Made by a program: the position numbers and the translations under genes. The notes below the pieces were generated by a model. That model saw nothing but the letters and a program-made list of their open reading frames with translations. It ran no database searches and was not told the DNA's origin. A DNA stretch of 64,000 nucleotides, taken from positions 512,001 through 576,000 of the forward strand of contig JBKBWQ010000001.1 of assembly GCA_046314355.1 (NCBI GenBank), read 5' to 3'. Source of the DNA: Candidatus Altimarinota bacterium. GTDB taxonomy: Bacteria > Patescibacteriota > Gracilibacteria > 1-14-2-50-48-13. Below, piece after piece: positions 40,370 to 50,918 of this stretch; positions within the stretch are counted from its first letter, which is position 1, and each line of letters starts with the position of its first letter.

Positions 40370-40716
40370 TTAGTAAAATTTTTCTCCTTCTTTCTTAGAT
40401 AGATATTTTATAAATAAATCTTTAAAGAAAGTCATTGATGAATATCCCAAAGGATTATCATGTCTCCAGTTAGAGATTTCAGCAGGATAAAATCTCATTG
40501 GATACTGGATCGTATGTTTTAAAAATGAAAAAGCATACTTAATATCCTCTTCATTCCATCCATTAAAAAAGTCTATAACAGTCTTTTGAATTTCAGGATG
40601 ATGATGAGCAATCTGCTCACACAACAAATCAGATATCTTTTCTAGTGTTGTTCTCTCAGGAACAACCTGTAGAATTGTTTTAGAATTTTTTTTGCTGATG
40701 CATGTACTGTACCCAT
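40370..40716 (-). pseudogene. Orphan gene split by a -1 frameshift at an A8 tract (pseudogene, slippage-dependent gene, or assembly error)
   Basis: SD GAGGAG then ATG at 40716; GCA AAA AAA ATT needs one extra A to join the 85-aa ORF, giving 115 aa. Confidence 0.55.
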
Positions 40717-40870
40717 TACGAACTCCTCATTGTGTTTTTATAATAATGCGGATGTTTTATACTGTTTTTTAACTATTAGTCAACTACTTTTTATACAACT
40801 CCCATCTTCATCTTGAGTTTCTCGGCTTTTTAGCTTACATTTCAGAGGATTTATTTTCAATATTCAGTAT

Positions 40871-42667
40871 ATGTCATCTATCATTCAAGTCTCAAAGAAA
40901 TACCGCACTCATACCTGCAATGACTTAGGATTGAATGATAATGATTCAACAGTTACACTCTCTGGATGGGTGCATTCACGGAGAGATCATGGAGGACTTA
41001 TTTTTATTGACCTCAGAGACAGATTCGGACTTACACAGGTTGTATTTGATCCTGCAATAAACAAAGAGATTCACAGCGAAGCAGAGCATATCCGATCTGA
41101 ATGGGTACTTCAGATCACAGGAACTGTACGAAAAAGACCTGAGGGGCAAAGCAATGCAAACCTTGCTACAGGTGAGATAGAAGTACTTATCAACGAGCTC
41201 AAAGTTCTCTCTAAGGCAGAGGCGCTTCCCTTTGAGATCGCTGGAGGAGATGAAGTAAACGAGGAGCTTCGTCTTGAATATCGATATCTCGACCTTCGAA
41301 AGAAAAGACTACAGGAAAATCTTATCTTCAGACACAAAGTAATTCAGTGGTCTCGAGACTTCTTCGACCAGGAGCAGTTTATAGACGTAGAGACTCCTAT
41401 GCTTGTAAAAGGAACTCCTGAAGGATCACGAGAATATATCGTCCCTTCCCGTCTCTATAATGGAGAATTCTATGTACTTCCTCAGTCACCTCAGCAGATG
41501 AAACAGCTTCTGATGGTAGCGGGATACGACAGATACATCCAGTTTGCGAGATGTTTCCGGGATGAAGATCAGCGCGGAGACCGGCAGCCGGAGTTCACTC
41601 AGCTCGACATGGAGATGAGTTTTGCCACTCAGGAGGACGTCATGGATATCTTCGAGAGATGGGCACTTGGACTTTCAAAGAAATTTGCATCACAGAAGAG
41701 ACTTCAAAATGAGCCTTTCCCTGTTATTACATGGAAAGAAGCTATGAATTCCTATGGCTCAGATAAGCCGGATGTAAGATTTGAGATGAAAATTGTAGAT
41801 GTCACAGATATTCTAAAGACAGCTGGTATTAACTTCCTTGATACTGTTATAAATGCAGGAGGAGTCGTAAAAGCACTTCCCGTAAAAAACGGAGCAAGCT
41901 TTACACGTGCTCAGATCGACAAATATGTAGAATTTGCTCAGGCAAACAAAGCCAAGGGACTTGCATATATTATGTGGGATAAAGAGACTGGAGAGATCAA
42001 AGGATCCCTCGCAAAACTTCTCTCTCCAGAGAAAGCAGCAGAGCTTAAAGCCTTTGGAAATCTTGAGAATGGAGATCTTATGTTCTTCGTATCAGATCAA
42101 TGGGAACCAGCAGTGAGCTCACTTGGCGCACTTCGACTCTCTCTTGGAGATTATTTCAATCTTCGGGATAAAGACCTCCTCGCATACCTTTGGGTAGTAG
42201 AGTTCCCACTTCTTGAACAGGGAGATGATGGATCCATAGGGGCTGCACATCATCCGTTTACTCGTCCAATGGATGAGGATATGGGACTTATAGATACAGA
42301 CAAGATGGCGATGCGTGCCTATGCATATGACCTTGTAATGAACGGTGTAGAGCTTGGAGGAGGATCAGTCCGTATTCATGAAGCAAGCCTTCAGAAGAAG
42401 ATATTTGAGCTTCTAGATCTCAACGAGGAAGAGATCCAAAGACAGTTTGGACATATCCTCAAAGCCTTCAGCTTCGGAGTACCGCCGCACGCAGGATGTG
42501 CTATGGGAATCGATCGACTTATCATGCTCCTCAGAGATGAGCCAAATATCAGAGAGGTAATCGCCTTCCCAAAGAACCAGAAGGCACGAGACCTTATGTT
42601 CGGAGCACCTAGTCCGCTTCCAGATAATAAATTGAAGGAGGCGAATATTAAGATTAGAGAAGAATAA
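40871..42667 (+). CDS. aspS: Aspartate--tRNA ligase (likely non-discriminating)
   Basis: YRTHTC, RRDHGGLIFIDLRD, LPQSPQ, FRDED.RGDRQPEFTQLD, AHHPFT, GIDRL. Confidence 0.97.
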   Translation: MSSIIQVSKKYRTHTCNDLGLNDNDSTVTLSGWVHSRRDHGGLIFIDLRDRFGLTQVVFDPAINKEIHSEAEHIRSEWVLQITGTVRKRPEGQSNANLATGEIEVLINELKVLSKAEALPFEIAGGDEVNEELRLEYRYLDLRKKRLQENLIFRHKVIQWSRDFFDQEQFIDVETPMLVKGTPEGSREYIVPSRLYNGEFYVLPQSPQQMKQLLMVAGYDRYIQFARCFRDEDQRGDRQPEFTQLDMEMSFATQEDVMDIFERWALGLSKKFASQKRLQNEPFPVITWKEAMNSYGSDKPDVRFEMKIVDVTDILKTAGINFLDTVINAGGVVKALPVKNGASFTRAQIDKYVEFAQANKAKGLAYIMWDKETGEIKGSLAKLLSPEKAAELKAFGNLENGDLMFFVSDQWEPAVSSLGALRLSLGDYFNLRDKDLLAYLWVVEFPLLEQGDDGSIGAAHHPFTRPMDEDMGLIDTDKMAMRAYAYDLVMNGVELGGGSVRIHEASLQKKIFELLDLNEEEIQRQFGHILKAFSFGVPPHAGCAMGIDRLIMLLRDEPNIREVIAFPKNQKARDLMFGAPSPLPDNKLKEANIKIREE

Positions 42668-42756
42668 AATTACTCGTCATCCTGCGAGCAATAACTCAAC
42701 TTTAGTAACTAAGAACTGCCCCGTAAGACCCACCACGCGTTCGAGCCAGTACGCAA

Positions 42757-42787
42757 AAAGCCGAGACTAAAATTTAGTCTCGGCTTT
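42757..42787. terminator. Bidirectional terminator
   Basis: AAAGCCGAGACTAAA-A-TTTAGTCTCGGCTTT. Confidence 0.8.
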
Positions 42788-42791
42788 ACTA

Positions 42792-43295
42792 TTAACTATA
42801 GTAATCAAACCATCCTACCGGTGCAAGATGAATATCACCCTGTACTTCTAAATCCTGAGGATAATATTCTCCAAGATTTACCACTGCGAGGTCTCCATGG
42901 TATGTAACAACATATCTTTCTTTATCCAGCATCAGAATAAGTGGAAAACGCCGCAGCATTCCACGCATCTGATTTTGCAGCTCTAGAAATACTGATACAT
43001 TCTTTGGATCTTTATTATCATGCGTAAAAACAAGCGGTTCCCTTTTAAAGAGAGGTAATGTATCTGACCAATTGAATAATTCAAAAAAATCATGATCACC
43101 AAGTTCATCATTGATAGAGACAAGTCTTGCCTGTTCTATCAATAAACTTACAGGAATGACCTGAATCTCCTTAGCGTCATTAAACAATTCTGGAAAAATA
43201 ATTTTAAATTTTTCTAACTCTTCTTTAGTTGAAGTAAGAAGAGTATTTCTAAAAAATGAATTCCTTAATTTGGCAACTTTTACTAAATCAAGCAC
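42792..43295 (-). CDS. Orphan hypothetical protein with strong SD
   Basis: AGGAGGT-CATT-GTG start; 167 aa. Confidence 0.7.
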   Translation of the reverse strand: MLDLVKVAKLRNSFFRNTLLTSTKEELEKFKIIFPELFNDAKEIQVIPVSLLIEQARLVSINDELGDHDFFELFNWSDTLPLFKREPLVFTHDNKDPKNVSVFLELQNQMRGMLRRFPLILMLDKERYVVTYHGDLAVVNLGEYYPQDLEVQGDIHLAPVGWFDYYS

Positions 43296-43422
43296 AATGA
43301 CCTCCTGCTTTTAAATACATACATTAGTTTGATTTCAATGATCACTTCCGACAAAGTAATCAAAGGAATCTTTATTACTCTAATCTGAATACAACCAATA
43401 TAAGTGTTTTTCGTCAATGTAC

Positions 43423-43457
43423 AAGAAAAAGAGACGCATAACTGCGTCTCTTTTTTT
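43423..43457. terminator. Intrinsic terminator
   Basis: AAAAAGAGACGCA-TAAC-TGCGTCTCTTTTT. Confidence 0.8.
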
Positions 43458-43543
43458 ATATAACCTTTATAGTCAATATCTTCATGCTACGCTTATCCCT
43501 AATGCTTGAGTCAAACCTAGGATAAGGATGAGGATAGGGTTTT

Positions 43544-43843
43544 TTACATTCGGCATTCTTCAGCCTCTAATCCCTCCTCTTCATCAGACACATCCTTCCA
43601 TTCTCCATGCCATGCTGGCTGCAGAGGGAGAGTTGCTCTCGCCTTAGCAAGCGCCTCCTGCACATCTTCTGTCTCCGTTTCTAGGATATATTCTAAATAT
43701 TTGCGGAGTACTTCTTCAAAGGCCTCTAAGTTTCCTTCTTCATCTGTACAGTTTGAACAATAGATATTTTTAATATCGCCTGCTCCAAAATCAATATGCT
43801 CTTTCATTTCTCGTCCACAACTTTGACAAACTGGGAATTCCAT
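43544..43843 (-). CDS. Zinc-ribbon (Zn_ribbon_2-like) protein
   Basis: CQSCG..M....DFG...YCSNC...LP.QPAW. Confidence 0.75.
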   Translation of the reverse strand: MEFPVCQSCGREMKEHIDFGAGDIKNIYCSNCTDEEGNLEAFEEVLRKYLEYILETETEDVQEALAKARATLPLQPAWHGEWKDVSDEEEGLEAEECRM

Positions 43844-43917
43844 ATGAAGGTAAGGGAAAGTGGAAATATATGGATCTAGTATACAGAGTATTATGTGTGC
43901 TGACTAGAGCAAAGAGA

Positions 43918-43995
43918 GTAATTGGGCTCATATCATTAGGCTTCAATGACTGAGCTCAATTATTGGAGCCTAATGATTGCGCCTTTAATTATCAA
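43918..43995. repeat. Array of degenerate TAATTG(A/G)GCTCAAT units
   Basis: TAATTGGGCTCATA TCATTAGGCTTCAA TGACTGAGCTCAAT TATTGGAGCCTAA TGATTGCGCC. Confidence 0.7.
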
Positions 43996-46635
43996 TTACA
44001 ACATTACTTCTCTCTGCTTTTTTCTTCCTCTATAATACCAGACACCCATTCCTGCAGCTGTGAAAAGGAAGAATGCTATTGGTCCTGACTGAACTTTAAG
44101 TGCGTTGCTGTAGTTTTTACTTTCGCTCTCTCCGCAAAGGGCAGTTACTGCAAAGTAATAGTTCTGAACTTTTGTGTCCATTGTTGGTACTTTATATTCT
44201 GTACCCGTTACCTCTACTGCAGGAAGGTTATAATAACCCGGCTCTGTACCAGCATGTATTCTATATTTTTCTGCTTTATAAGCACTATCCCATATGAGAT
44301 ACTTTTCTTTATCTTTAATGACCATTCTGAGATTGAGCACATCACCTGGGATACATGTAGTAGCAGGTGCAGGTTTCCCTATCATTGGCGTAGCTGAGAT
44401 CTCTTCACTTTGAAGCAGAGGTCTGCCGTCTGCGCCAAGTCCCTGTATCACAATATAGTGTGGCTTACCAGATGCTAGTGCATCTATTACTGCAGTTGTC
44501 TTCCCTTCTACAGTTACAGCTTTGATGTACTGTTTAGGTGTTACACCATAGAGTACTTTAAAGCTTGTAATAGGCGTACTGCTTGCTGCCATTTCCCAAA
44601 CCACATTAATTTTATCAATATCGGCAGTGGCAACAGCATTCTTTATTTGAAGAGTATCAGGAGTTGTAATTGCTTTTACATCTCCCTCTTTGATAGGTGC
44701 ATCATTTGGTCCCATCACAGCAAATTTGAAGTAGTATGTGGTATTTGGAGCAAGATTCACAAAGCTGTGTTCCAGTTCAGTAGGCAGCAATGGAATATAA
44801 TTACTCATTGTAGATGCACTTACTGAATAATATATTCTATAGCTGGTAATGCCTGAGATGCTCTGTGGAGCTGTCCAAGTAGCCTTGACAGTAGAATCTC
44901 CATCCAGCGCAAAGTTCACGCTTGAGACATCAAATTCCGGAGCTGTGATAACTAGTGGTGAAGTGGATGGTACGGTACCAGTAATCCCAAGTTTATTTTT
45001 TACCTGAATTTGTGGATCATATGATGCTGGAGTCTGAGGAAGAGTAATAGTTCCTGTATATCTTCCTGGAGTTGTGATCTCTTCTAAGAGAGTATACTTT
45101 ACATTATCAAGGACATAGAGCGCTTCAGTAAGCTCTGGCTCAGACTCAAGTATTACTTTGATAATCTGTCCTCCTGTATATGTAGCCTGTGCTGGATCAT
45201 ATGTCAGAGATTTCACCCATGCTTCAGAGGTTCTAAGCACGATAGACACGGGAGTTGATACTGCTATGACATTTCCTAGTGTATCATATCCCTTTACACT
45301 TAGTATGTGTGTTCCTTCAGTGAGGCTTGTCAGTGTTGCTTGAAAGTTACCTGAAGCATCTGCTACAGCCTGTCCTATTTGATCATTGTTATCAAAGATT
45401 TTAAGGTTCATAGACGGTCCTGCAGTTCCACTAAGAGGTATTTCCTTTGAGGTAATAATTCCATCCTGAGGTGAGAGAATAGTAATACTAGTAGTACTAT
45501 TGCCTCCCGTAGTACTGTTTTTTACAGTAATAACGTCCTTCAGAGTTGAATCCATTTTGTCTTTCACTTCAATAATCTTTGTACCTTCTGTCAAAAACCG
45601 TACAGCTTTTGCAAATATCTTTCTACCTGCAGGCTGCTCTCCTCCTGTAAATGTATAATCACTTGGAAGAATTGCATTCGTATCATCTGACGTAAATGTA
45701 ATCGTTCCTTTATAGTCAAGTGCCGGCTGTCCATCAATAGTCGTGACATCTATGATCACATCAAAGAGTTCTCCAACTTTTACTTCTCCAGTAGGGATCG
45801 TAGTTATCTTTATCTTAGCAGCAGCAAGGCTTCCGTTACTTGTGGAACCAGAGCTTGTAGTATTCTGGGCAAGCAGGCTTGCTCCAAAGTAACTTGTCCG
45901 TTGAGATCCAGCCTGGCTCTCATTTCCACCCATTGCTTTTGTGCCCTGATAGAGTACAGAGACACGTTTATCAAGAATCTCATTTGTAGTGAGATTTAAA
46001 GCACTTATAGTCGCTATTCCCTCTTCCAGTGAAGATACACGGAATATGACCTGTCCGCGATTACTCGTCATATTTCCTCCCGGCTGCGTAATCACATCAC
46101 CACTTCTGCTTGAAATAAGTTTTACCTGGTGATCTTTAATAGGATTTCCATATTGATCTTTAAGAGTCACCGTGATTTCAACCGTATCATTTCCATTTGC
46201 TTCCACTGCATATTTATTTGCAGCAACATCTGAAAGAGCTGCAGAAGGCTTATCTGCAAATACTTCAAAACTAGAATACGTTACCTGTTTTGAATATTGA
46301 GGTAAGTATGAAGCTATTTTATATATACCTGTAGACTGTAGATGAAAACTATTTATTTCTAATTTGCCATACCCAGCCGCGTCCGCTGTGGTAGGTAATT
46401 TTACTACTGTGCCGTTTGGTTTACTAAGCTCTAGCATAATATCTCCATGAGAATCAACCTGGGATGTTTTGATTACCGTCGTACTTCCAGCAACCGTATC
46501 GTTTGCATATGCTGTTACCGATGTAGCATTGGAGTATGCATAAGCAAATGTGGGAGAAAAAATTCCACCTATGAAAACCAGCAATGTAGCCATTGCCAGA
46601 GCCCTGTTACGGATTGTAGAAAGGAATAAGTTCAT
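43996..46635 (-). CDS. Surface protein with Big/invasin-like Ig and fibronectin type III domains and a C-terminal anchor
   Basis: ANGNDTVEITVTLKDQYGNPI (Big_1); W..P...SYRIYY...L.PNTTYYF (FN3); SGP + TM + RGRKK tail. Confidence 0.85.
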   Translation of the reverse strand: MNLFLSTIRNRALAMATLLVFIGGIFSPTFAYAYSNATSVTAYANDTVAGSTTVIKTSQVDSHGDIMLELSKPNGTVVKLPTTADAAGYGKLEINSFHLQSTGIYKIASYLPQYSKQVTYSSFEVFADKPSAALSDVAANKYAVEANGNDTVEITVTLKDQYGNPIKDHQVKLISSRSGDVITQPGGNMTSNRGQVIFRVSSLEEGIATISALNLTTNEILDKRVSVLYQGTKAMGGNESQAGSQRTSYFGASLLAQNTTSSGSTSNGSLAAAKIKITTIPTGEVKVGELFDVIIDVTTIDGQPALDYKGTITFTSDDTNAILPSDYTFTGGEQPAGRKIFAKAVRFLTEGTKIIEVKDKMDSTLKDVITVKNSTTGGNSTTSITILSPQDGIITSKEIPLSGTAGPSMNLKIFDNNDQIGQAVADASGNFQATLTSLTEGTHILSVKGYDTLGNVIAVSTPVSIVLRTSEAWVKSLTYDPAQATYTGGQIIKVILESEPELTEALYVLDNVKYTLLEEITTPGRYTGTITLPQTPASYDPQIQVKNKLGITGTVPSTSPLVITAPEFDVSSVNFALDGDSTVKATWTAPQSISGITSYRIYYSVSASTMSNYIPLLPTELEHSFVNLAPNTTYYFKFAVMGPNDAPIKEGDVKAITTPDTLQIKNAVATADIDKINVVWEMAASSTPITSFKVLYGVTPKQYIKAVTVEGKTTAVIDALASGKPHYIVIQGLGADGRPLLQSEEISATPMIGKPAPATTCIPGDVLNLRMVIKDKEKYLIWDSAYKAEKYRIHAGTEPGYYNLPAVEVTGTEYKVPTMDTKVQNYYFAVTALCGESESKNYSNALKVQSGPIAFFLFTAAGMGVWYYRGRKKQREVML

Positions 46636-46752
46636 CTTTGTATTTTAGAAATTTCTGTTTTTGTTGTGAAAACTTTCTCCTTATTATACTAGAAAAGACC
46701 TGCGAAAGCAAAAGTCCTCTTCTTGCGTTATTCTATTTTTATTATAACTAGA

Positions 46753-47709
46753 CTAATTTGGACGAGCACAGCTTGCACCTTTTTTACATGTGATCACCTT
46801 ATCTTTTATGCGCAAGTCTATATATGAGTACTCTCCTCCAGTAAGTACATCTGCTTTTAGGTCAGTAAGAAAGCTCTTCAGCATATAAAGCTGAGTATCT
46901 AGATCTTTTTCTACAGCGAAATACACCGTTGTTCCGCTTGCAATCTTCAAATGCATCTCTTTTTCAATCGGAAGAAAACTTAAACCCGCAAGTTTTCCAT
47001 CAAAATTTTTCTGATATGTATCTACTACTTTCTGCAGGAACTGCATTTGATCTTTTGTAAAAATCTTTTTGCCGATCTTTAGTTCGATAAACGGCGTAAG
47101 AATTTCTTTAAATTCATCATATACTTTTGCGTATATCGGTATAGTAATCAAAAGCATTGTAGACTGATCAGTCTGCTTTTGATTTGGATCCGGCTGTACT
47201 ATTACACCGTTTGAATTCAAATAGAATTCTGTCTTTAAGCCTTCATTCTTAATGCGGGCAAATACTGGATAAGAACTTACTTTAAGCTGAAGTGCCTGAG
47301 GAAAGAGACGTCTTATTTCTACAGAAGAGAGCATTGGAAAAGTATCCAGCAAATCTTGTCTAAGCTCATCTGTATTTACAAAAAGAATATTCTGTCCCTT
47401 TATTTTTGCCACATACTGCTCTATCTGCTGAGGATTTACATATGCGGAATCCCGTACCACTGAAATACTAGAGATATGAAAGAAACCTGAGACAAATACT
47501 ATTCCCATCACGATACCCATGAAGGTAATGCTCAGACATGCAAGAAAAAACCTGGGAGTGGTAAATTTGGAAATTTTTTTATTAAAACCTGAAGAAAAAG
47601 CCCTAAAAGTTCTTTGGTTTTTTTTCTTCAACTGCGGACGTAGCCTTCTCGGACGTTCAACATGAAGAAGAGTTGAGAGTTTCTTCTTTTGATTACGGAT
47701 ACTCTTCAT
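46753..47709 (-). CDS. ftsQ: FtsQ/DivIB-type POTRA protein
   Basis: Basic N-terminus, TM, GQNILFV...IRRLFP.AL, YIDLR. Confidence 0.8.
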   Translation of the reverse strand: MKSIRNQKKKLSTLLHVERPRRLRPQLKKKNQRTFRAFSSGFNKKISKFTTPRFFLACLSITFMGIVMGIVFVSGFFHISSISVVRDSAYVNPQQIEQYVAKIKGQNILFVNTDELRQDLLDTFPMLSSVEIRRLFPQALQLKVSSYPVFARIKNEGLKTEFYLNSNGVIVQPDPNQKQTDQSTMLLITIPIYAKVYDEFKEILTPFIELKIGKKIFTKDQMQFLQKVVDTYQKNFDGKLAGLSFLPIEKEMHLKIASGTTVYFAVEKDLDTQLYMLKSFLTDLKADVLTGGEYSYIDLRIKDKVITCKKGASCARPN

Positions 47710-47715
47710 AGAATA

Positions 47716-49257
47716 TTAATTGGCAGCAAGCAAAGTTCTGTAGTCGTTTCCTACTAAAATGACTATGTCATAATGACTTTGCTGTTCAGCTAGAAAATCA
47801 GATAAAGCAACTTCAGGGAATGCATCCAGCGCATCCTGATTGAATTGAAGTTTTTCTGCGTTAAATAAATTACTTATATGCGGAATATAGGTTTTCATCG
47901 CATTATCGTTCATTGCTACAATCGTCGAAGTTGTAAGCGAAGTCTGGTCAGGTGCATTTACTGACTCTTCAATATTAATTCCGTAAGGCACAAAAGTACT
48001 GCTTATGGATTGTCCGATACCGCTTATTCTCTTGGTACCGGATTTTGTAGCATTCACTACAAGAATTTTAGGATTGCCGCTGTAAAATGCCTGAGAGAAT
48101 AAGAACATCTCAGCAAACTGCTGAAGCTGTTTATAGTATGAAAGATTTCCTGCTGTTGCTCCGCTTGGCAGTAGGACAGAAGCTCCGCCGAAGAGTGCAC
48201 GCTGCGGCACATAAAGGAATCCTCCTTCTTTAGTATAATCATCATGAAAACCAGCAGAAAGAATATGATCTCCCTTTAAATCCTTTGCAAATCCTGCTCC
48301 ACGAAGAATTTCCCGAAGATCCATGTTGGTCACAATATTCTCGCTTACAGCATAGTAAAGACGTTTCAGCTGATTTGGATCTGTCAGATATTGCTTCTCC
48401 ATCACCTTATCTAATACCGCTTTCATGATAGTATGCTGTCTTTCAGAACGATCAAAGTCGGAAGTTGAATGACGGCTTCTCGCATATTTAAGTGCAGTAG
48501 CACCATCAAAATGCCGCATACCTTTTCTTACGGCAAAGGTCTCATATCCATAGGATTCATTTGGATACTCGCGGTCAATAAGATCTCTCGGAACATCTAC
48601 ATCCACTCCTCCAAGTAGATCAACTACTTGAATGAATCCCTGAAAATCAGCTTTCACAAAATACTGGATACTTACACCAGTAATATTTTCAACAATATCC
48701 TGAAGTCCCTGCATACCTTCCTGAACCTCGTTAAAGGTAGGAGGAGTATTAGTTTTTGCAGCATTCGAAGCTCCATCAGCCTTTGTAATCTGACGAAGGT
48801 TAAAGTCATACGCGGCATTAATCTTTGTAGGTCCCATCTGCGGAACATTAATATAGAGGTCTCTTGGGATAGATAAAAGTGCAACCGAATGATTTTGACT
48901 ATCAATACTTGCAACCATAAGTGTATCTGTAAGGTTGGCACCATCATGCTCAGCTCCGCCGATACCTACGATAAGTATATTTGTATGACCATTCGGATCT
49001 TTCTTAAGGTCTTTACCGAAGACTTCTGAAATCCCGGAAATAACCTGAGAAGGAAAATTTACAGAGAATCCCTTAAAAAGACCAAATACATTGATTGTAA
49101 GAATAAGCACAAATACTACACCTAGAAGTGCAACAAGTAATGGAAAGGACTTATATGATTTCTTTTTTTTGCTTGTGTCAGAAACGTTATTTGCGGGTTG
49201 TTGTTCATTATCTACTACACTTTGAGTACGCTCAATATCGCGTTTTATAAATGTCAT
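47716..49257 (-). CDS. LytR-CpsA-Psr (LCP) family protein
   Basis: NILIVG, LTDTLMV, SIPRDL, KINAAY, ALKYARSR, SDFDRSERQ. Confidence 0.92.
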   Translation of the reverse strand: MTFIKRDIERTQSVVDNEQQPANNVSDTSKKKKSYKSFPLLVALLGVVFVLILTINVFGLFKGFSVNFPSQVISGISEVFGKDLKKDPNGHTNILIVGIGGAEHDGANLTDTLMVASIDSQNHSVALLSIPRDLYINVPQMGPTKINAAYDFNLRQITKADGASNAAKTNTPPTFNEVQEGMQGLQDIVENITGVSIQYFVKADFQGFIQVVDLLGGVDVDVPRDLIDREYPNESYGYETFAVRKGMRHFDGATALKYARSRHSTSDFDRSERQHTIMKAVLDKVMEKQYLTDPNQLKRLYYAVSENIVTNMDLREILRGAGFAKDLKGDHILSAGFHDDYTKEGGFLYVPQRALFGGASVLLPSGATAGNLSYYKQLQQFAEMFLFSQAFYSGNPKILVVNATKSGTKRISGIGQSISSTFVPYGINIEESVNAPDQTSLTTSTIVAMNDNAMKTYIPHISNLFNAEKLQFNQDALDAFPEVALSDFLAEQQSHYDIVILVGNDYRTLLAAN

Positions 49258-49313
49258 TATATACTTCTCTAAAACATAAAATGCAGTATTTATGATATGA
49301 ATTTTAAAGGAAA

Positions 49314-50825
49314 ATGAAAGATCAAATCCAAATATCCTATAGACAAAGACTCATAGCATTACTTTTAAGTTTCTTATGCGGCGAGGCTCTTCTTTTTGTC
49401 TTTCCTCCCATATCCGTGTCTATATTTATTCTTACTCTAGTCAGCCTACTATTACTATATTTCAGACGTCTTCTATTCTATTCTCTGCTTATATGTCTTA
49501 TATTTTTTGCACTGGGAGGGCTGCGTACATACCATACACTTGAGTCGAATCAGAAACTTAGTATCACTGCACATCAGATGATCTACGAAGCTGAGAAACT
49601 CAAGTCAATCTCAGGCACCATTATTTCACTTCCCATCTACGACGGTACTCAGTATACCTTTACGCTGAGCAGCCGTAAGGATGAGCATCCGCCCTTCATT
49701 CAGGTAAAAACAATGACTTCCAAAAAGCTCAGAATTGGAGATAAAGTAAGTCTTAAAGGCAAATTAGAATTTCCAAAAAATAGCGATGGAAGTACCTTTG
49801 ACTATATAAATTATCTTAAAAAGGACGGGATATTCCTAATAATGAATCGGGCTTCTCTTCTCTCAACAATTCCAAGGTCTCATCTCTCTTTCACACAGCA
49901 GATCAGCGAATATAACCAATATCTCCAAGGCAAGATTAAAAATCTCTGGCACGGAGACGTAGGTGCACTTATCGCAGGTATACTTATTGGTTCACGGGAG
50001 AGTATGTCCGAGGATCTAAAAAATGCTTTTCAGAGAACCGGATTATCTCACATCGTTGCCATCTCCGGCTCCAACATTACAATTATCATTATATTTATAT
50101 TCAGCATCTTGGGATTTCTATCAAAAACCATCCGCATAAGTACTGCGGTGTTGCTCATCATATTATTTACTATTCTTGTCGGTGGCAGCAGTGCAGTTAT
50201 ACGTGCAAGCATTATGGGAATTACAGGATTATTCGCACTACTCTTTGAAAGGAAAACAACTGCGCTGATTTCACTCCTGCTCTCTGCGGTGATAATGTGT
50301 GCAATAAATCCCATGACACTTCTCTATGATATCGGCTTTGCACTCTCTTTTCTCGCAGTACTGGGACTGCTTTACGGAGAAGTGTTTTTTAAAAAGCCGC
50401 TTTCTTATGTCCCGGAAATATTTGCTATTCGGGAATCTCTCCTTATGACTTTGAGCGCCCAAATATTTACAACTCCAATTATGCTTTATTACTTTCAATC
50501 CTTCTCTATTATCGCACCAATCGCAAATCTGTTTATTACTCCGTGGATTCCTCTCCTCATGCTCGTAAGTTTTATTACTCTTGTCCTCTCCTATATTCCC
50601 TTTGCAGGACCATTTGTTTTTTTAGGTGCTGAAGCTGCCAACCTTCTTACAAAATTCCTTATCACTCTTACCCACTTGTTTGCCTCTATACCTTATGCAT
50701 CTGTAACAATTGATTTTCTGCAGAGTATATGGATGTGCGTTCTTATTTATATACTTCTCGGAGTTCTCATCTGGTATCTTAGAACCCGTCATTTCAAGGA
50801 TAATACAGATAGTGTAAAAAAATAA
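49314..50825 (+). CDS. comEC: ComEC/Rec2 competence channel (no MBL domain)
   Basis: FQRTGLSHIVAISGSN, SAVIRASIMG, GFALSFLA; DUF4131-like N-part. Confidence 0.92.
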   Translation: MKDQIQISYRQRLIALLLSFLCGEALLFVFPPISVSIFILTLVSLLLLYFRRLLFYSLLICLIFFALGGLRTYHTLESNQKLSITAHQMIYEAEKLKSISGTIISLPIYDGTQYTFTLSSRKDEHPPFIQVKTMTSKKLRIGDKVSLKGKLEFPKNSDGSTFDYINYLKKDGIFLIMNRASLLSTIPRSHLSFTQQISEYNQYLQGKIKNLWHGDVGALIAGILIGSRESMSEDLKNAFQRTGLSHIVAISGSNITIIIIFIFSILGFLSKTIRISTAVLLIILFTILVGGSSAVIRASIMGITGLFALLFERKTTALISLLLSAVIMCAINPMTLLYDIGFALSFLAVLGLLYGEVFFKKPLSYVPEIFAIRESLLMTLSAQIFTTPIMLYYFQSFSIIAPIANLFITPWIPLLMLVSFITLVLSYIPFAGPFVFLGAEAANLLTKFLITLTHLFASIPYASVTIDFLQSIWMCVLIYILLGVLIWYLRTRHFKDNTDSVKK

Positions 50826-50918
50826 CTTACCTCCCGTGCACGCTTAATTCAGACCTAAGTGGTTTTCAATTCACAAGTATCTGCTATACTCCTTTTGTTT
50901 TATTGCTAACTTATCTGT

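Noticed and set aside
42670-42756. GC-rich stretch after aspS as an ncRNA or tRNA fragment
   Set aside because: No cloverleaf, stable fold or promoter could be identified by eye.
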